Under the pieces are notes generated by a model that saw nothing but the letters and a program-made list of their open reading frames with translations, did not search any database and was not told where the DNA came from. The position numbers and the translations under genes were made by a program. Shown here piece by piece: positions 61,721-64,000 of a DNA stretch of 64,000 nt (its first letter is position 1; the number at the start of each line of letters is the position of its first letter). The stretch comes from Chiloscyllium plagiosum (lineage: Eukaryota), in assembly GCF_004010195.1 (NCBI RefSeq), contig NC_057718.1, positions 92,026,039 through 92,090,038 of the forward strand, given 5' to 3'.

Positions 61721-62959
61721 TTTTTAAAAAAACCATTTCAATTCATAATGGTGCCGGGCATTAAAATTAGATGAAGGAATTCAAAAACCAATAGTCCATA
61801 TTTTATCACTTAGGAAGGAAGTTGCATTCATAACATGGCTAAATAGGTTGACTTGCAACCTGTAAATCTTTTAACACATGCCAACATGTGACAATGGGTA
61901 GGAGAAATTCCTGGCTATCCATTTAATGGAAAAAATGTTGAAACTTCCAACAGCATCCTCCACAGCTCCAACTAGGACTCCTTGGAAGGGTTGGTTGACT
62001 TTGTTGGGTGGACAGACAGTATGGATCAGATTGGTGCCAACAGTACAGTGTTCAGTGCTTGTTCTAGCTGAGGTACAGTCAGACCCTGCCTCCTGCCCCA
62101 CCAACTGGTGGTTGTGGTACTGTGGGTTGGATTTGCTTTTGGGCAGAGAACTGAAAAGGAGAAAGAACCCTAAAACTATCTAGAGTATTATTGAGCCTGT
62201 ATGTGCTTTAGTCCACTGAACATGAGGAGTAGTAATGACTTTTCACAATTCCTTGTAAAATGCAGGAAGTACTGTGTTGTTAAGACTACTTTTGCAGTAC
62301 CACTGAACGCCAAGGTCTGCAATAATCCATCTGTGGACTAATGCAGTGAAAGTTCAATCTTGACAATTTTTTTTTCATTTCATTACCATTGTTGGATTTT
62401 ATTTCAGTGTAAATACTTATACTTTCTTCTGAAACACAATGATATATAGATGTGTTGTTTTTAATGGATTATCAGTAATAAAAAAAGTTTTCAAAATACA
62501 GACAGCCAGTCTGGTAATCTCTCACCTTCAGATGTTATCAATTAGCATTTTAATTACTGTGTCATTTTTCATCTGCCGTTACTGTTCTCACAGGAAGCTT
62601 AACACTGATTGTGCCTTCATATATTACTGTCCCTTCATATATTACTGTCCCTTCATTGCTGTACTTTGCTTTTTACAATTGACTTCAGTTGTCTTAGCTT
62701 TCCCAAAGCGATTCACAGTTGGATGTGGTGGTGAGTGATCACGTGCCATAGCATGTATGAATTTTATCAAGGGATCTTCACCTCATTAATTATGCAACTG
62801 AGCAGTTGGATGTGTTTCTCAGTGAATCGTGTGGTAAGTGAGAAGGAGATGTTTCTGGCTTCCATGCCTCTGGTGCCATTTTTAAACCCCATTTCAGATG
62901 CTGCAGGTGAGGAACTCTGACTCAAACTGCAGCGATCAACCCTGGAAATATTCCAGCGG

Positions 62960-63170
62960 ACAAACTAGCTCCAGGACTCAGATCTGGGGGTGCTGGTGGA
63001 CAGGGTGGTGGAGAGAAGGATGTCTCTTTTCCCTGCTGAATGCCAAAGAAGACTATGCCGACAAACCCAGCCAACCTGGACAGAAATTGCAGCGTGGGTC
63101 AGTGACGTGCCACAAGGGAAAAGAGATATCCAATAGTCCCACAAAAAAGGGCATTGATATCCCATCCTCT
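62960..63170 (+). pseudogene. Decayed Myb/SANT-like domain, probably PIF/Harbinger accessory ORF
   Basis: DSDLGVLVDRVVERRMSLFP..RQTQPTWTEIAAWVS..KRDIQ*SHKK fits the L..LV..V..R..LF...W.EIA..VS...R...Q..KK pattern. Confidence 0.6.
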
Positions 63171-64000
63171 GCAAAAGCATTTGTCACCATCTTCCCTGTG
63201 GTACCTCACACTCAAAGGGGCAGCAGTCACTCTAACTCTGCCACTACATGCACCTCTCACCAAGGCTGATGGACTACAACTCTCACTATTGCATGCATCA
63301 TGTCCACTCAAGGGCTCTTCACCACCTCATCCTCCCAAACTATTCTTTTCCTGTACTCTACACCTCCAACACTCTCACTGAGGGTACCAAAGCACCTCTC
63401 TTTTGTATGATGACTGACTGCTCTTCCATCATACCCAGTCTCTCCTATTGTCTAATTGGAGATAAAATTGGCTCACTGCCAGGGCTAATATCCCCACAGC
63501 ACCCCTGTTGACTTACCTGTAATCCCTGGGCTACATGCGGACTGCTCATGAAAAATTCCTGTCGCCTAATTAGATGAGCTCCTTGACTGATGGATAGTGC
63601 CTTCAATAGACTGTAAAGCCCTTTTATCCGACAAAAGGCTCTTCCCCTTTGTATTTCACAGATTGCTCCTGATGAAGCATTTGCAATGTGTTTGTTGTAA
63701 GGTATTGGTACATACTGCAGCTCTGACATTGATGTAGCACAGTGCCATACTGTGACGTGTCCATCCCTGTTTGACTCATGGATTGACTGTTCAATGATGC
63801 CCATTGTCACATGTAGTCTGCCTCTTCGCTAAACAGTAATGTAAATCACATGGACTGGCAGCCTATAACTCACTGCTAAAGTCAGTGTGTGCTCAGAAAG
63901 CAATGTGAAGCAGACAGAGGCTCACACTAAGAAATCAAACTAAGAGCCATAGCATGTCTATGTTCATGCCAAAGCAAAAGTATCCTGCACAGTTACCTGA

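Noticed and set aside
62614..62657. 18-bp tandem repeat, and a similar 20-bp duplication at about 56666-56700
   Set aside because: Ordinary slippage duplications with no further structure.

Overview
Eukaryotic, repeat-rich genomic DNA, very probably from a cartilaginous fish (shark), inferred from HE1-like and SacSINE1-like SINEs and abundant CR1 LINEs. The only host coding sequence I can support is coding exon 1 of RALGAPA2 (minus strand, 17512-17617, [35 protein letters not shown]), in a CpG island and missed by the ORF track. Positions 1-17511 would be its intron 1, and the rest is upstream intergenic DNA. Much of the window is decayed mobile DNA: CR1 and L2-like LINEs, SINEs, hAT and Harbinger relics and a Tc1/mariner-type MITE. 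The most striking structure is a set of at least 13 Penelope-like (GIY-YIG) retroelement pieces from 2-3 families whose termini carry minimal hammerhead-ribozyme motifs. Eight are fold-back insertions with 10-18 bp flanking direct repeats, mostly inverted at or beside the ribozyme. Also notable are a TSD-flanked ORF1-only half-L1-like element (57087-59005) and an unexplained 226-bp inverted repeat with 1 mismatch (36619-37925). All calls were read by eye, and old repeat boundaries are approximate.
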